NCBI GenBank assembly: GCA_964532465.1
Contig: CAZHHX010000019.1
Location: 589 to 64,588 of the forward strand
Reading direction: 5' to 3'
Length of the DNA stretch: 64,000 nucleotides
Source of the DNA: an uncultured Syntrophorhabdaceae bacterium
GTDB lineage: Bacteria > Desulfobacterota > Syntrophorhabdia > Syntrophorhabdales > Syntrophorhabdaceae
Both the position numbers and the translations under genes were made by a program. Below the pieces are notes generated by a model. That model saw nothing but the letters and a program-made list of their open reading frames with translations. It had not been told where the DNA came from and made no database searches. This document shows, piece after piece, positions 19,330 to 28,165 of this stretch (its first letter is position 1; each line of letters opens with the position of its first letter).

Positions 19330-19959
19330 ATGAAAAAAACATACTTAACCTTGATTATAACAGGTTTTATATTGATGTTCAGCGCCAATGCCGGTCTTGC
19401 CGTCGACACCATCAATCTCCTGACTCTCCCATCCGCCACCTATAGCGGATATTATGTCGGCGCAGTTGGCGGAAACCTCAATGGCGGGTATGCCATGAAA
19501 TACTATTGCGACGACTTTGCCACGACAACCTATGTGCCCAGTTCTTTTGCCGTGGCGGTAAGCACTCTGTCCAACCTTTCTCAAACAAAATTCGGCGGCG
19601 CGCCTAACGCGGTCTCAATGTATCAGCAGGCAGGATGGCTTATCAGCCAGATGGAGAGCAACCCCTCTCAGGTAGGGCAGATCCAGTTTGCATTATGGAA
19701 TGTCTTTAACTCATCAGCACCTGATCCTGCAGGTTCATCAGATTGGCTCAATGCCGCGCGTTCCATAGATGCTTCTAAATTTAACTTCAGCTCAGTACGC
19801 GTCTACACGGCAACCAATACCGTTAACCAGGAATTTATAAGCGGCGGCGCCACAGCGCTTCCCGAACCATCGGTTGTATTTCTGCTCGTCTTCGGCCTTG
19901 CCGGCTTAGGTTTTTTTAGATGGAAATTACGTAAGAAAACTGCCGGAAGCGTTTCTTAA
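19330..19959 (+). CDS. PEP-CTERM sorting-domain secreted protein
   Basis: Signal peptide. C-terminus ALPEPSVVFLLVFGLAGLGFFRWKLRKK, i.e. a PEP motif, a TM segment and a basic tail. Confidence 0.85.
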   Translation: MKKTYLTLIITGFILMFSANAGLAVDTINLLTLPSATYSGYYVGAVGGNLNGGYAMKYYCDDFATTTYVPSSFAVAVSTLSNLSQTKFGGAPNAVSMYQQAGWLISQMESNPSQVGQIQFALWNVFNSSAPDPAGSSDWLNAARSIDASKFNFSSVRVYTATNTVNQEFISGGATALPEPSVVFLLVFGLAGLGFFRWKLRKKTAGSVS

Positions 19960-20168
19960 AAAACCATTACAACACGAGGCAGAATACCGCAGATTTGCCT
20001 TTAGTAATCAATTTACAGCGCTAAATCATAAACGCATATTGATTGTTTGCATTGATTTGACGCAATCTCTTTTCCTTTATAGCCCGCCATAAGTTGATGT
20101 GCCATATTCACGTTGAAAATACAGGGTTTATGTGTTATGTTTATCAGATTGAAAAGGAGGTAGAGCAT

Positions 20169-20300
20169 ATGGGTTCTAATACAAAAAAGGTAGAATTAAG
20201 AAGAAAGAGGAAAAGAACAGCGTCAGGGAAGAAAAGAAAAAGAACTATGTCAAAGATGTCTACACCGGCTTTTGCTATTCATGTAGAAAAAAATGAGTAA
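20169..20300 (+). CDS. 43-aa polybasic small protein/peptide
   Basis: AGGAGG lies 8 nt upstream of the ATG at 20169. Sequence MGSNTKKVELRRKRKRTASGKKRKRTMSKMSTPAFAIHVEKNE. Its stop overlaps the downstream radical SAM start by 8 nt. Confidence 0.5.
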   Translation: MGSNTKKVELRRKRKRTASGKKRKRTMSKMSTPAFAIHVEKNE

Positions 20301-21447
20301 TGCCTTCCGTTATGAAATAGGTCCGATCAGGCCCCCTAATGAGGCATACAGCCTTTTATTGAGGTTTACCCGGAACTGCCCCTGGAACCAATGCTCCTTT
20401 TGTCACGCATACAAGAGGAGAAAGTTCGAAACAAGGGATCTGGAAGAAATAAAAAAAGATATAGATACTATAAGCGCCATACATGACGATATTGTAAATC
20501 TATCGTTGGAAAAAGGGTTTGATGGTAAAATCACCGAAGCGCTGGCAGAATACATATTCTCCGGCAACATCTATAATGAATGCTACAGAAGCGTAGCTGT
20601 CTGGCTGTATTTTGGAGGGAAAAACGTATTCATACAGGATGCGAACTCCCTTGCCATGAAACCGGATATTTTTGTTAATGCCCTGGAATACTTGAAAGAA
20701 AAGTTTCCAACTGTGGAAAGAGTAACTTCATATGCCCGTTCAAGGACTATTGCAAAAAAGCTGACTGTCGACGATTTAAAAAAGATAAAAAACGCCGGAC
20801 TTACCAGACTTCACATAGGTCTGGAATCAGGAAGCAATGCCCTCCTTAAGTACATGAAAAAAGGGGCGACGAAGGAAGATCACATTGAATGCGGGAAAAA
20901 GGTCAAGGAAGCCGGTATTGAGCTCTCCGAATATGTTGTGCTCGGCATGGGCGGCACAAAATGGTGGAAAAATCACGCGATTGAAACTGCCGAAGTTCTT
21001 AACCGGATAAACCCCGATTATATCCGTTTCAGGACATTAAAAGTCTTAAAGGATATGCTTCTCTACGAAAAGCTTGAAACAGGTGATTTTGCGCTCTCAT
21101 CTGAAGAGGAAATTGTTTCAGAGGAACGGCTTTTGATAGAGAATCTCAATGGAATTACAAGTCATATAAAAAGCGACCACATTCTTAACCTGCTCGAAGA
21201 GGTCGACGGCAAGCTTCCTGAAGATAAAGAAAAGATACTGTCTGTTATTGATGGATTTCTTTCCCTTACCGAGGAGCAGAAACTTGTATTCAGGTTTGGG
21301 AGAAGAGCCGGTATTTACAAGGGATTAAACGACTTAAATGATGAACTTACATGCTTCAAAATAAAAAAACAGATCCGTGAAATGGAAGCAAAAGAACCGG
21401 GCAGCATTGAAAAAACCCTCTCGCTGCTGCTTGACAATTATATCTGA
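20293..21447 (+). CDS. Radical SAM protein with non-canonical CX4CX2C spacing
   Basis: 384 aa. N-terminus GPIRPPNEAYSLLLRFTRNCPWNQCSFCHAYK followed by a TIM-barrel-like radical SAM core. Subfamily not recognised. Confidence 0.75.
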   Translation: MSNAFRYEIGPIRPPNEAYSLLLRFTRNCPWNQCSFCHAYKRRKFETRDLEEIKKDIDTISAIHDDIVNLSLEKGFDGKITEALAEYIFSGNIYNECYRSVAVWLYFGGKNVFIQDANSLAMKPDIFVNALEYLKEKFPTVERVTSYARSRTIAKKLTVDDLKKIKNAGLTRLHIGLESGSNALLKYMKKGATKEDHIECGKKVKEAGIELSEYVVLGMGGTKWWKNHAIETAEVLNRINPDYIRFRTLKVLKDMLLYEKLETGDFALSSEEEIVSEERLLIENLNGITSHIKSDHILNLLEEVDGKLPEDKEKILSVIDGFLSLTEEQKLVFRFGRRAGIYKGLNDLNDELTCFKIKKQIREMEAKEPGSIEKTLSLLLDNYI

Positions 21448-21621
21448 TAAAGATATGCAATTCTAAGCTGGTAAGTTCCCCGCAGCTTGCTGCAAAGAGT
21501 TTTTTGGACACTCCCTTTCACTTTCAGCGGGACAGTTCATTTCTTGTTTCGGATTAACCTTCAATCTATTGCTCATCTTTATTTATATGAAAGCGTTTTA
21601 AGCAAATAAATATAAACAACC

Positions 21622-21651
21622 TTGACAAAAGTGCAGATATTTGAATATTAT
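21622..21651 (+). promoter_or_regulatory. Sigma70-like promoter for the Mo/W transporter operon
   Basis: TTGACA (21622-21627), an 18-nt spacer, then TATTAT (21646-21651), about 65 nt upstream of the ATG at 21715. Confidence 0.4.
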
Positions 21652-21655
21652 ATAT

Positions 21656-21679
21656 CGTTATTTACGTTTTGATATAACG
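21656..21679. promoter_or_regulatory. ModE-box-like inverted repeat operator
   Basis: CGTTATTT-N8-ATATAACG sits immediately downstream of the putative -10. This is the half-site type and spacing I recall for the E. coli modA operator. Confidence 0.4.
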
Positions 21680-21714
21680 GTATTAATACACGTAATCAGT
21701 CGGGAGGCGGCATT

Positions 21715-22581
21715 ATGCAACGCTATTGCACTTTACTTGGCAAAAGCATTACTGTGATTATTTTTTTAATGTTATTTTTTTTAGTACAATCTTCACATAG
21801 TGAAGAATTGACGGTTTTTGCAGGGGCAGCAAGCAAGCCGCCGACAGAAGATGCTGCAAAAGCTTTTGAAAAAAAGACGGGTGTAAAGGTAAATATAAAT
21901 TTTGGCGGCTCAGGTTTTGTACTTTCCCAAATGGGTTTAAGCAAGTCCGGTGATATATACTTTCCGGGATCATCGGATTTCATGGAACTGGCAAAAAAGA
22001 AAGGGCTGGTCTTTCCTGAAACCGAAAGGCATGTTGTTTATCTTGTCCCTGCTATCAATGTTCAAAAAGGAAATCCGAAAGGGATAAAATCGCTCCAGGA
22101 TATGACAAGGACAGGTGTCCGGGTTGCTATCGCAAACCCGGAAGGAGTTTGTCTCGGCTTGTATGCTGTTGAGATTATAGAAAAATCATTGACACCTGCT
22201 GCAAAGGGTGCCTTTAAAAGAAATCTTGTTAATTATACGGAAAGCTGCGAAAAAACGGCAACTGCCGTATCATTAAAGACAGTGGATGCAGTGATCGGCT
22301 GGAGCGTATTACAGTACTGGAGCCCGGACCGGATAGAGACTATCCCTCTGAAGAAACAGGATGTGGTGCGTATCGGCTATATCCCCATCGCCATATCCAA
22401 ATTTACCAAAAACAGAGTCCTTGCCCAAAAATTTATTGACTTCGTCCTCTCCGAAGAAGGGAAAGCGCTGTTCAAAAAATACCATTACTTCATGAGCCCT
22501 GAAGAAGCGTCGCAATGGATTGGAGAGCCAAAGCCTGTAGGCGGGGAGTATACAGTTCCGAAGGATTGGATCATAAAATGA
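21715..22581 (+). CDS. modA: Molybdate/tungstate ABC transporter periplasmic binding protein
   Basis: Signal peptide. LTVFAGAASKPPTEDAAKAFEKKTGVKVNINFGGSGFVLSQM matches the ModA-type N-terminal pattern. Confidence 0.7.
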   Translation: MQRYCTLLGKSITVIIFLMLFFLVQSSHSEELTVFAGAASKPPTEDAAKAFEKKTGVKVNINFGGSGFVLSQMGLSKSGDIYFPGSSDFMELAKKKGLVFPETERHVVYLVPAINVQKGNPKGIKSLQDMTRTGVRVAIANPEGVCLGLYAVEIIEKSLTPAAKGAFKRNLVNYTESCEKTATAVSLKTVDAVIGWSVLQYWSPDRIETIPLKKQDVVRIGYIPIAISKFTKNRVLAQKFIDFVLSEEGKALFKKYHYFMSPEEASQWIGEPKPVGGEYTVPKDWIIK

Positions 22582-23354
22582 GTTTCAAACAGCTTGCCAT
22601 TGTCTTCAGCTTCTTCATATTTTTTCTGTACGCCGGGCTTATCCTGTCCCTTTTTTATTTCTACAGGCCCGGTCTTTTTCTTGATATCCTTCTCTCTGAA
22701 AGAACCCTGTTTTCCATCCGTTTAAGCCTTATTGCAGCCACAGGTGTCACTCTGCTTTCAGTGTTCTTTGCCGTCCCTTCCGCCTATGCCCTGTCGCGGT
22801 TTAAGTTTCCCGGCAGGCAGGTGATTGATACGGCCCTTGAACTGCCTATGATCGTCTCTCCCGTCGCCCTGGGAGCAATGCTCCTTGTTTTTTTTAATAA
22901 TCCCGTGGGCGTAGCCATACAGGACAGGGGCATACAAATTGTTTTTACCGTCTACGGCATATTGCTTGCTCAATTTGTAACCACAGTCGGCATTGCAACG
23001 AGGCTTATTAAAGCGGCAATGGACGAGATCCCTAAAAGATATGAGGAGGTGGCAAAAACCCTCGGGGCGTCGCCTGCAAAGGCATTTTTCACCGTTACCC
23101 TGCCGCTGAGCAGGAAAGGAATTATCGCAGCATCTATCCTCACCTGGGCAAAGGCCCTCGGCGAATTCGGCGCGACAATCACCATTGCCGGTTCTATGGC
23201 AATGAAAACAGAGACTATTCCTGTTGCGATATTTATGAGACTTGCCAACGCAGACATAGAAGGAACCGTTGTTCTGGTGCTTATCCTTATAGGTATCGGC
23301 CTGGGCGTTCTCTACAGTGTGCGGCTCTTTACCCGGAAGACAAGCTATATATGA
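22578..23354 (+). CDS. modB: Molybdate/tungstate ABC transporter permease
   Basis: ATGA overlap with the upstream stop, so I prefer the start at 22578. Multi-TM protein with an EAA-like loop (AAMDEIPKRYEEVAKTLGASPAKAFFTVTLP). Confidence 0.75.
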   Translation: MSFKQLAIVFSFFIFFLYAGLILSLFYFYRPGLFLDILLSERTLFSIRLSLIAATGVTLLSVFFAVPSAYALSRFKFPGRQVIDTALELPMIVSPVALGAMLLVFFNNPVGVAIQDRGIQIVFTVYGILLAQFVTTVGIATRLIKAAMDEIPKRYEEVAKTLGASPAKAFFTVTLPLSRKGIIAASILTWAKALGEFGATITIAGSMAMKTETIPVAIFMRLANADIEGTVVLVLILIGIGLGVLYSVRLFTRKTSYI

Positions 23355-23370
23355 ATCGGATAATTGAACC

Positions 23371-24420
23371 ATGCCCCGGATAGAACTTAAAAATATAAGC
23401 AAATATGTACTCCATGATATAAACCTTGGAATAAAGGACAAGGAACTCCTTGCTCTTGTCGGCCCCAACGGAGCAGGGAAATCAACACTCCTTAATATTA
23501 TCGCAGGGCTCACTGATTACAGCGGTGAAGTTTTTTTCGACAATAAGCAAATGAATCGTATCCCGCCGCATAAAAGAGGAGTGGGCTACCTGTTCCAGGA
23601 TTTGGCCCTCTTTCCCCACCTTAATGTGTCTTCCAATATAGCCTACGGCCTCAAAATACAAGGATATCCTGCAAAAACTATTCACAAAAGGGTGGCGGAA
23701 CTTATGGAGGCCCTCAATATAACAAAACTGAAAGAGAGATACCCTTTGTCTTTAAGCGGGGGAGAAAAACAGAGGGTAGCCATTGCCCGCGCCGTTGCTC
23801 CCTTTCAGAAGATTTTACTCCTTGATGAACCCTTCTCCGGGCTTGATCAGCAAACAGCTAAATACTTCCGGACAGAATTAGGGGAACTTCTGAAGCGCCT
23901 CGAAATTACATCTGTATTTGTGATCCATGACCTCCTTGGCGCGGAAGAGCTGGCTGACAGGATCGCCATCATCCATAACGGCAGAATAGAACAGCTTGCG
24001 GCCCCGAAAGATATTTTTTTTAATCCCGGAACAGATGTGGTCTCAGAGTTTATCGGAATGCCGAATATCTTAAACTGCGACAACTGCCACATTCTCTCAT
24101 CAGGACTTATAGAGATCATCTCCGGCGATATGACAATTGTCCTTCCCTATGAAGGCATGGGCATTAAAAAAATTGCCATATCGCCTCATGACATTTTCAT
24201 ATCGGATATAAAACCGCCCGGCCCCGCGCTCAACCGTTACAGGGGAATTGTTACCGAAGTTCTGCACATCAATTCTACAACAAGGGTGCGGGTAGCCATA
24301 GGAAGCAACAACCTCCTTGCCGAGCTGCAAAAAAGTGCCTTTGACGAAATGCGCATCGAAGTCGGTAAAGAAATTTATGTAATCATAAAACTTCGGAGAC
24401 TTCGTTATTTTGAAGTGTAA
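23371..24420 (+). CDS. modC: Molybdate/tungstate ABC transporter ATPase with C-terminal TOBE/Mop domain
   Basis: Walker A GPNGAGKST, signature LSGGEKQR, Walker B LLLDEP, and a C-terminal TOBE-like beta domain. Confidence 0.8.
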   Translation: MPRIELKNISKYVLHDINLGIKDKELLALVGPNGAGKSTLLNIIAGLTDYSGEVFFDNKQMNRIPPHKRGVGYLFQDLALFPHLNVSSNIAYGLKIQGYPAKTIHKRVAELMEALNITKLKERYPLSLSGGEKQRVAIARAVAPFQKILLLDEPFSGLDQQTAKYFRTELGELLKRLEITSVFVIHDLLGAEELADRIAIIHNGRIEQLAAPKDIFFNPGTDVVSEFIGMPNILNCDNCHILSSGLIEIISGDMTIVLPYEGMGIKKIAISPHDIFISDIKPPGPALNRYRGIVTEVLHINSTTRVRVAIGSNNLLAELQKSAFDEMRIEVGKEIYVIIKLRRLRYFEV

Positions 24421-24544
24421 TTCCAATTCAAAATCAAAGCGCTATCTTCGTTGGCTTCGTCATCAGTCTCCTCGACGTACCGTGTAGTACGCCTCGTCGC
24501 TTCTTCCTTGCCGCCTTGATTTCATCTTTGATTTTGAATTGGAA
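24421..24544 (-). repeat. Dispersed structured repeat family 1, copy E1 (compact form)
   Basis: Perfect 19-bp inverted repeat TTCCAATTCAAAATCAAAG / CTTTGATTTTGAATTGGAA encloses an 86-nt GC-rich core with a CGTAC-N6-GTACG hairpin. TAA flanks both ends. Confidence 0.8.
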
Positions 24545-24724
24545 TAATTTACTATGCCGCATTCATACAATCGCCGCTTGACCCTTCAGGCAGAATCCCC
24601 TTATAATAAGGAAATTTGAAACAGGTATTGTCAAAAGCTGTATGAAAAAAATATACAGAGTGAGCATTAACAGATGTTTACAAGGAGAAAACAGGAGGAA
24701 TTATGGGAAATGAAGAAGGTCTTC

Positions 24725-24930
24725 TTCATTTCCGCCGGATTCACATCAGTAAATAATGGCAGATGGGAATCCGGCTTGAGTGGGCTGCGGCATTTTAGGG
24801 AAGGTTTCATTGCGAGTGGGCATTATCGAGCAACATTTTTACAGATATGGATGGGCTGTGAGCTTTGCAGGCTGGAGACGTACTGAACGTACGTTGGAAG
24901 ATCGCAAGGCGAAGCAGACCGCCGCAGATT
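24725..24930 (+). repeat. Dispersed structured repeat family 1, copy E3 (long form)
   Basis: 24848-24929 matches the reverse complement of 45740-45821 at 71 of 82 positions by hand count. The CCGGATTC...GAATCCGG hairpin and the TTGAGTGGGC block are also shared. Confidence 0.8.
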
Positions 24931-25016
24931 AAAAATTCTCAAATGCCGCTGCCCGACCAGGAGAGCAAAGGGAAGGAAATTTTTGACAAAATCCTGAAAC
25001 ACAAGGAGAGGCAGAG

Positions 25017-25559
25017 ATGAACGCAGTTATTTTATTCGGAAGCCCGCGAAAAGAGGGCAATACAATCCAGCTTACCGCCATATTTTCACAAATATTAAAA
25101 GAAAGAGGACATAACGTTCGAATCGTACACCTTAATGACCTGAACATCAGGCCCTGCCAGGGATGCCTTGCCTGTTTGCCGGAAGGAATATGCAAAATAA
25201 ATGATGATATGAAAGACATAGGGAAATATATTATGGAATCGGACATTATTGTCTATGCGACACCCATCTACTGGTTTTCACCCTCCAGTCAGTTGAAGCT
25301 TGTAATTGACAGGTCTATAGCGTTTCTTGATGAAAACTATGAGTCGCGGATCAAAGGGAAAAAGGCCGTCACCATTATGACCTGCGCTGACGAAGACAGG
25401 GAAACATGCAGGCCTGCCATAGATATGTTCCAAAAAACTTTCAGCCTCCTTGGCCTTGACTATGCGGGCGGCATTGAAGCAACCGGATGCGAACAGGAAG
25501 GAGCAGTGAAAGACGAGTATAAAGAAAAAACAAAAACACTTGCAGAATCAATAGTATGA
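25017..25559 (+). CDS. Iron-sulfur flavoprotein / NADPH-dependent FMN reductase family
   Basis: MNAVILFGSPRKEGNT start and CQGCLACLPEGIC cluster; a paralogue-like relative of 6990-7565. Confidence 0.75.
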   Translation: MNAVILFGSPRKEGNTIQLTAIFSQILKERGHNVRIVHLNDLNIRPCQGCLACLPEGICKINDDMKDIGKYIMESDIIVYATPIYWFSPSSQLKLVIDRSIAFLDENYESRIKGKKAVTIMTCADEDRETCRPAIDMFQKTFSLLGLDYAGGIEATGCEQEGAVKDEYKEKTKTLAESIV

Positions 25560-26269
25560 ACATAAGAGGTCCCCTGTATTTTACAACAAAAAAGGTGGGC
25601 AAGGCCGTCTGGGATTATCAGATGCTCAAAGAAGGGGATAAGGTGCTCATCGGCGTGTCAGGCGGCAAAGACAGCCTTTCCCTTCTCAGGATCATGAAAG
25701 AACGGATAAAGTTCGTCCCCATAACCTATGAGATTACCGCATGTTTTGTGGATATGGGCTTCGACTGGATCAACAAGAATATCCTCATCGAGCATTTTGA
25801 AAAAGAAGAAATCCCCTACATTATTGCGCCGCACCCACAGGGATGGAACGGAAAGGAAGCCTTCGACTGTTTCTGGTGCAGTTGGAACAGGAGGAAAGCA
25901 TTATTCGACCTTGCCCACGAATCCGGCTATACAAAGATTGTCTTTGCCCACCACATGGATGATATTATCGAAACAATGCTTCTGAACCTTTTTTTTCAGG
26001 GCGAAATCGGCACCATGCGTCCCTATCAGGAGATGTTTGACGGCGAGCTGGCAATCATAAGACCCCTGGCATATGTGGAGGAAAAGGAAATAGTCGTGCT
26101 TGCAAAGGCCCTCGATTTACCTGTCATCGCCTCGGAATGTCCTAACGGCAAGATATCCAAAAGAAGTCTTGTAAAGGGCATTGTTGCAGAGCTTGAGAAA
26201 CATAACCCGAATGTGAAGAAAAATATCTTCCGCAGTCTGCAGAAGATAAGAAAAGAATACCTCCTGTAA
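25556..26269 (+). CDS. ttcA: PP-loop ATPase, tRNA 2-thiocytidine biosynthesis TtcA-like
   Basis: SGGKDS PP-loop and CFWCSWNRR Cys motif. ATGA overlap with the upstream gene. Confidence 0.7.
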   Translation: MNIRGPLYFTTKKVGKAVWDYQMLKEGDKVLIGVSGGKDSLSLLRIMKERIKFVPITYEITACFVDMGFDWINKNILIEHFEKEEIPYIIAPHPQGWNGKEAFDCFWCSWNRRKALFDLAHESGYTKIVFAHHMDDIIETMLLNLFFQGEIGTMRPYQEMFDGELAIIRPLAYVEEKEIVVLAKALDLPVIASECPNGKISKRSLVKGIVAELEKHNPNVKKNIFRSLQKIRKEYLL

Positions 26270-26635
26270 TAATTCCGCCGCTCGGTTTTAAGAAGATGTT
26301 CCCCTCCATGTATGAGCGTATCATTTTTAACCCCTTCCAAGGCTCGATTACGCTTGATATGTAATGACAGGAAATAGGGGCATACCGGGCAAAAAGGTAA
26401 ATTATTCCGCCGAAAATGTTATTATTTCTTTGATTTTCGTGGTCAAAAGGATAGAATGTTGTAAACATAATCCAATAAGATAAGACATGCCAAAGATATT
26501 AATAGTACAGAACACCATCCCACGCCAGTCTCAACGAGGTAGACGGGTTTTTATGTCAGGTATTTCAGCCTCAGAGGTTGTAAAGAAGCTATTAAAAAAG
26601 TTAGCGTCCTCAATGACGCAATGAGGAGAAAATAA

Positions 26636-28165
26636 ATGGCTGATAACAACGAACTGGAAAGAACCCTCTGGGCTACGGCGGATAAGCTGCGCAACAATAT
26701 GGATGCGGCGCAGTATAAACACGTTGTTCTGGGATTGATCTTTCTCAAATATATCTCCGATGCCTTCAATGACCTCCACGGAAAGCTGAAAACAGGTAAT
26801 GGCGAATTTGAAGGTGCGGACCCGGAAGACAGGGATGAATACCTTGCTAAAAATATCTTCTTTGTCCCCGAAAAGGCCCGCTGGCAATTTCTTCAAGACC
26901 ACGCCAAACAGCCGGAGATAGGCAAGTTTGTTGACGAGGCTATGGAGGCAATCGAGAAAATCAATCCATCGCTCAAGGGTGTTCTGCCGCAAATTTACGC
27001 CGATGCTGATCTGAACAAACAAAGACTCGGTGAACTGATCGACCTTATTGCGACTATCGGATTTAACCAGGATGGCCATACATCAAAGGACCTACTCGGC
27101 AGAGTATATGAATACTTTCTTGGCCAGTTTGCTGATGCCGAAGGCAAAAAAGGCGGGCAGTTCTGGACTCCTCAAAGCATTGTGAAACTCCTTGTTGAAA
27201 TGCTGGAGCCTTACAAAGGGCGTGTCTATGACGGCTGCTGCGGTTCAGGCGGCATGTTTGTCCAGAGCGAAAAATTTATCCTCAGCCATCAGGGTAATAT
27301 CAAGGACATCTCTATTTACGGGCAGGAGTCAAACCCGGCAACTCTCCGTCTTGCCAGAATGAATCTTGCCATTCGAGGCATAGACGCCCAACTGGAAGTC
27401 GGGGACACCTTTCTGAATGACAGGTTCAAGGACAAGGATTTGAAATTCGACTTTATCCTTGCCAATCCACCCTTCAACATAAGCGATTGGAGCGGCGAGC
27501 TTCTGCGCGATGACAGCCGCTGGAAATACGGTGTTCCGCCAACAGGTAATGCCAACTATGCCTGGCTTCAGCACTTCGCCCACAAACTCAGCCCAAGCGG
27601 TACTGCCGGGATTGTCCTTGCAAACGGGAGCATGAACAGCAACACCGGCGGAGAAGGCGAGATACGGAAGAACATGATCGAAGCAGGACTTATAGATTGT
27701 ATGGTGGCCCTGCCTTCTCAGCTTTTCTACAATACAATGATTCCCGCATGCCTCTGGTTTCTGGCGCGGAACAAAACCAATCACAAATTCCGCGACCGCT
27801 CGAAAGAAATTCTCTTTATCGATACCCGCAAACTCGGCACAATGCTCAACCGGCGCAACCGCGAATTGACCGATGCCGATATAGCCCTCATTGCCGGAAC
27901 ATATCACAGTTGGCGCAGCAAAGACGGTGGATATGAAGACAAAACTGGTTTCTGTAAATCGGCCACAATTGCAGAGGTGCAAAATAACGGACACGTATTA
28001 ATGCCCGGACGTTACGTGGGTACAGAGGAAGAAATTGACGATGGAATCCCCTTTGATGACAAGATGAAAGTCCTCACAACAAAGCTGGCCGAGCAGTTTG
28101 CCAAAAGCTCGGAATTGGAGAAGACCATTCGGGAAAATCTCAAAGGGATCGGGTATGAGTTTTAA
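26636..28165 (+). CDS. hsdM: Type I restriction-modification system DNA methyltransferase subunit M
   Basis: HsdM N-terminal domain ([32 protein letters not shown]), SAM motif DGCCGSGGM and catalytic NPPFN. Confidence 0.95.
   Translation: MADNNELERTLWATADKLRNNMDAAQYKHVVLGLIFLKYISDAFNDLHGKLKTGNGEFEGADPEDRDEYLAKNIFFVPEKARWQFLQDHAKQPEIGKFVDEAMEAIEKINPSLKGVLPQIYADADLNKQRLGELIDLIATIGFNQDGHTSKDLLGRVYEYFLGQFADAEGKKGGQFWTPQSIVKLLVEMLEPYKGRVYDGCCGSGGMFVQSEKFILSHQGNIKDISIYGQESNPATLRLARMNLAIRGIDAQLEVGDTFLNDRFKDKDLKFDFILANPPFNISDWSGELLRDDSRWKYGVPPTGNANYAWLQHFAHKLSPSGTAGIVLANGSMNSNTGGEGEIRKNMIEAGLIDCMVALPSQLFYNTMIPACLWFLARNKTNHKFRDRSKEILFIDTRKLGTMLNRRNRELTDADIALIAGTYHSWRSKDGGYEDKTGFCKSATIAEVQNNGHVLMPGRYVGTEEEIDDGIPFDDKMKVLTTKLAEQFAKSSELEKTIRENLKGIGYEF

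Noticed and set aside
20094-20168. Longer 68-aa version of the polybasic micro-ORF.
   Set aside because: There is no RBS at the upstream starts, whereas AGGAGG sits 8 nt before the ATG at 20169.
24674-24886. 70-aa ORF here and an 85-aa ORF at 45667-45924 (-) share the peptide ESGLSG and might encode a repeated small protein.
   Set aside because: Indels between the two DNA copies throw the remaining conserved nucleotides into different reading frames. Conservation is therefore at the nucleotide and structure level, not the protein level.
26531-27079. 182-aa minus-strand ORF upstream of and overlapping hsdM.
   Set aside because: It mostly overlaps the well-supported hsdM N-terminus in antisense. 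No motifs or RBS.
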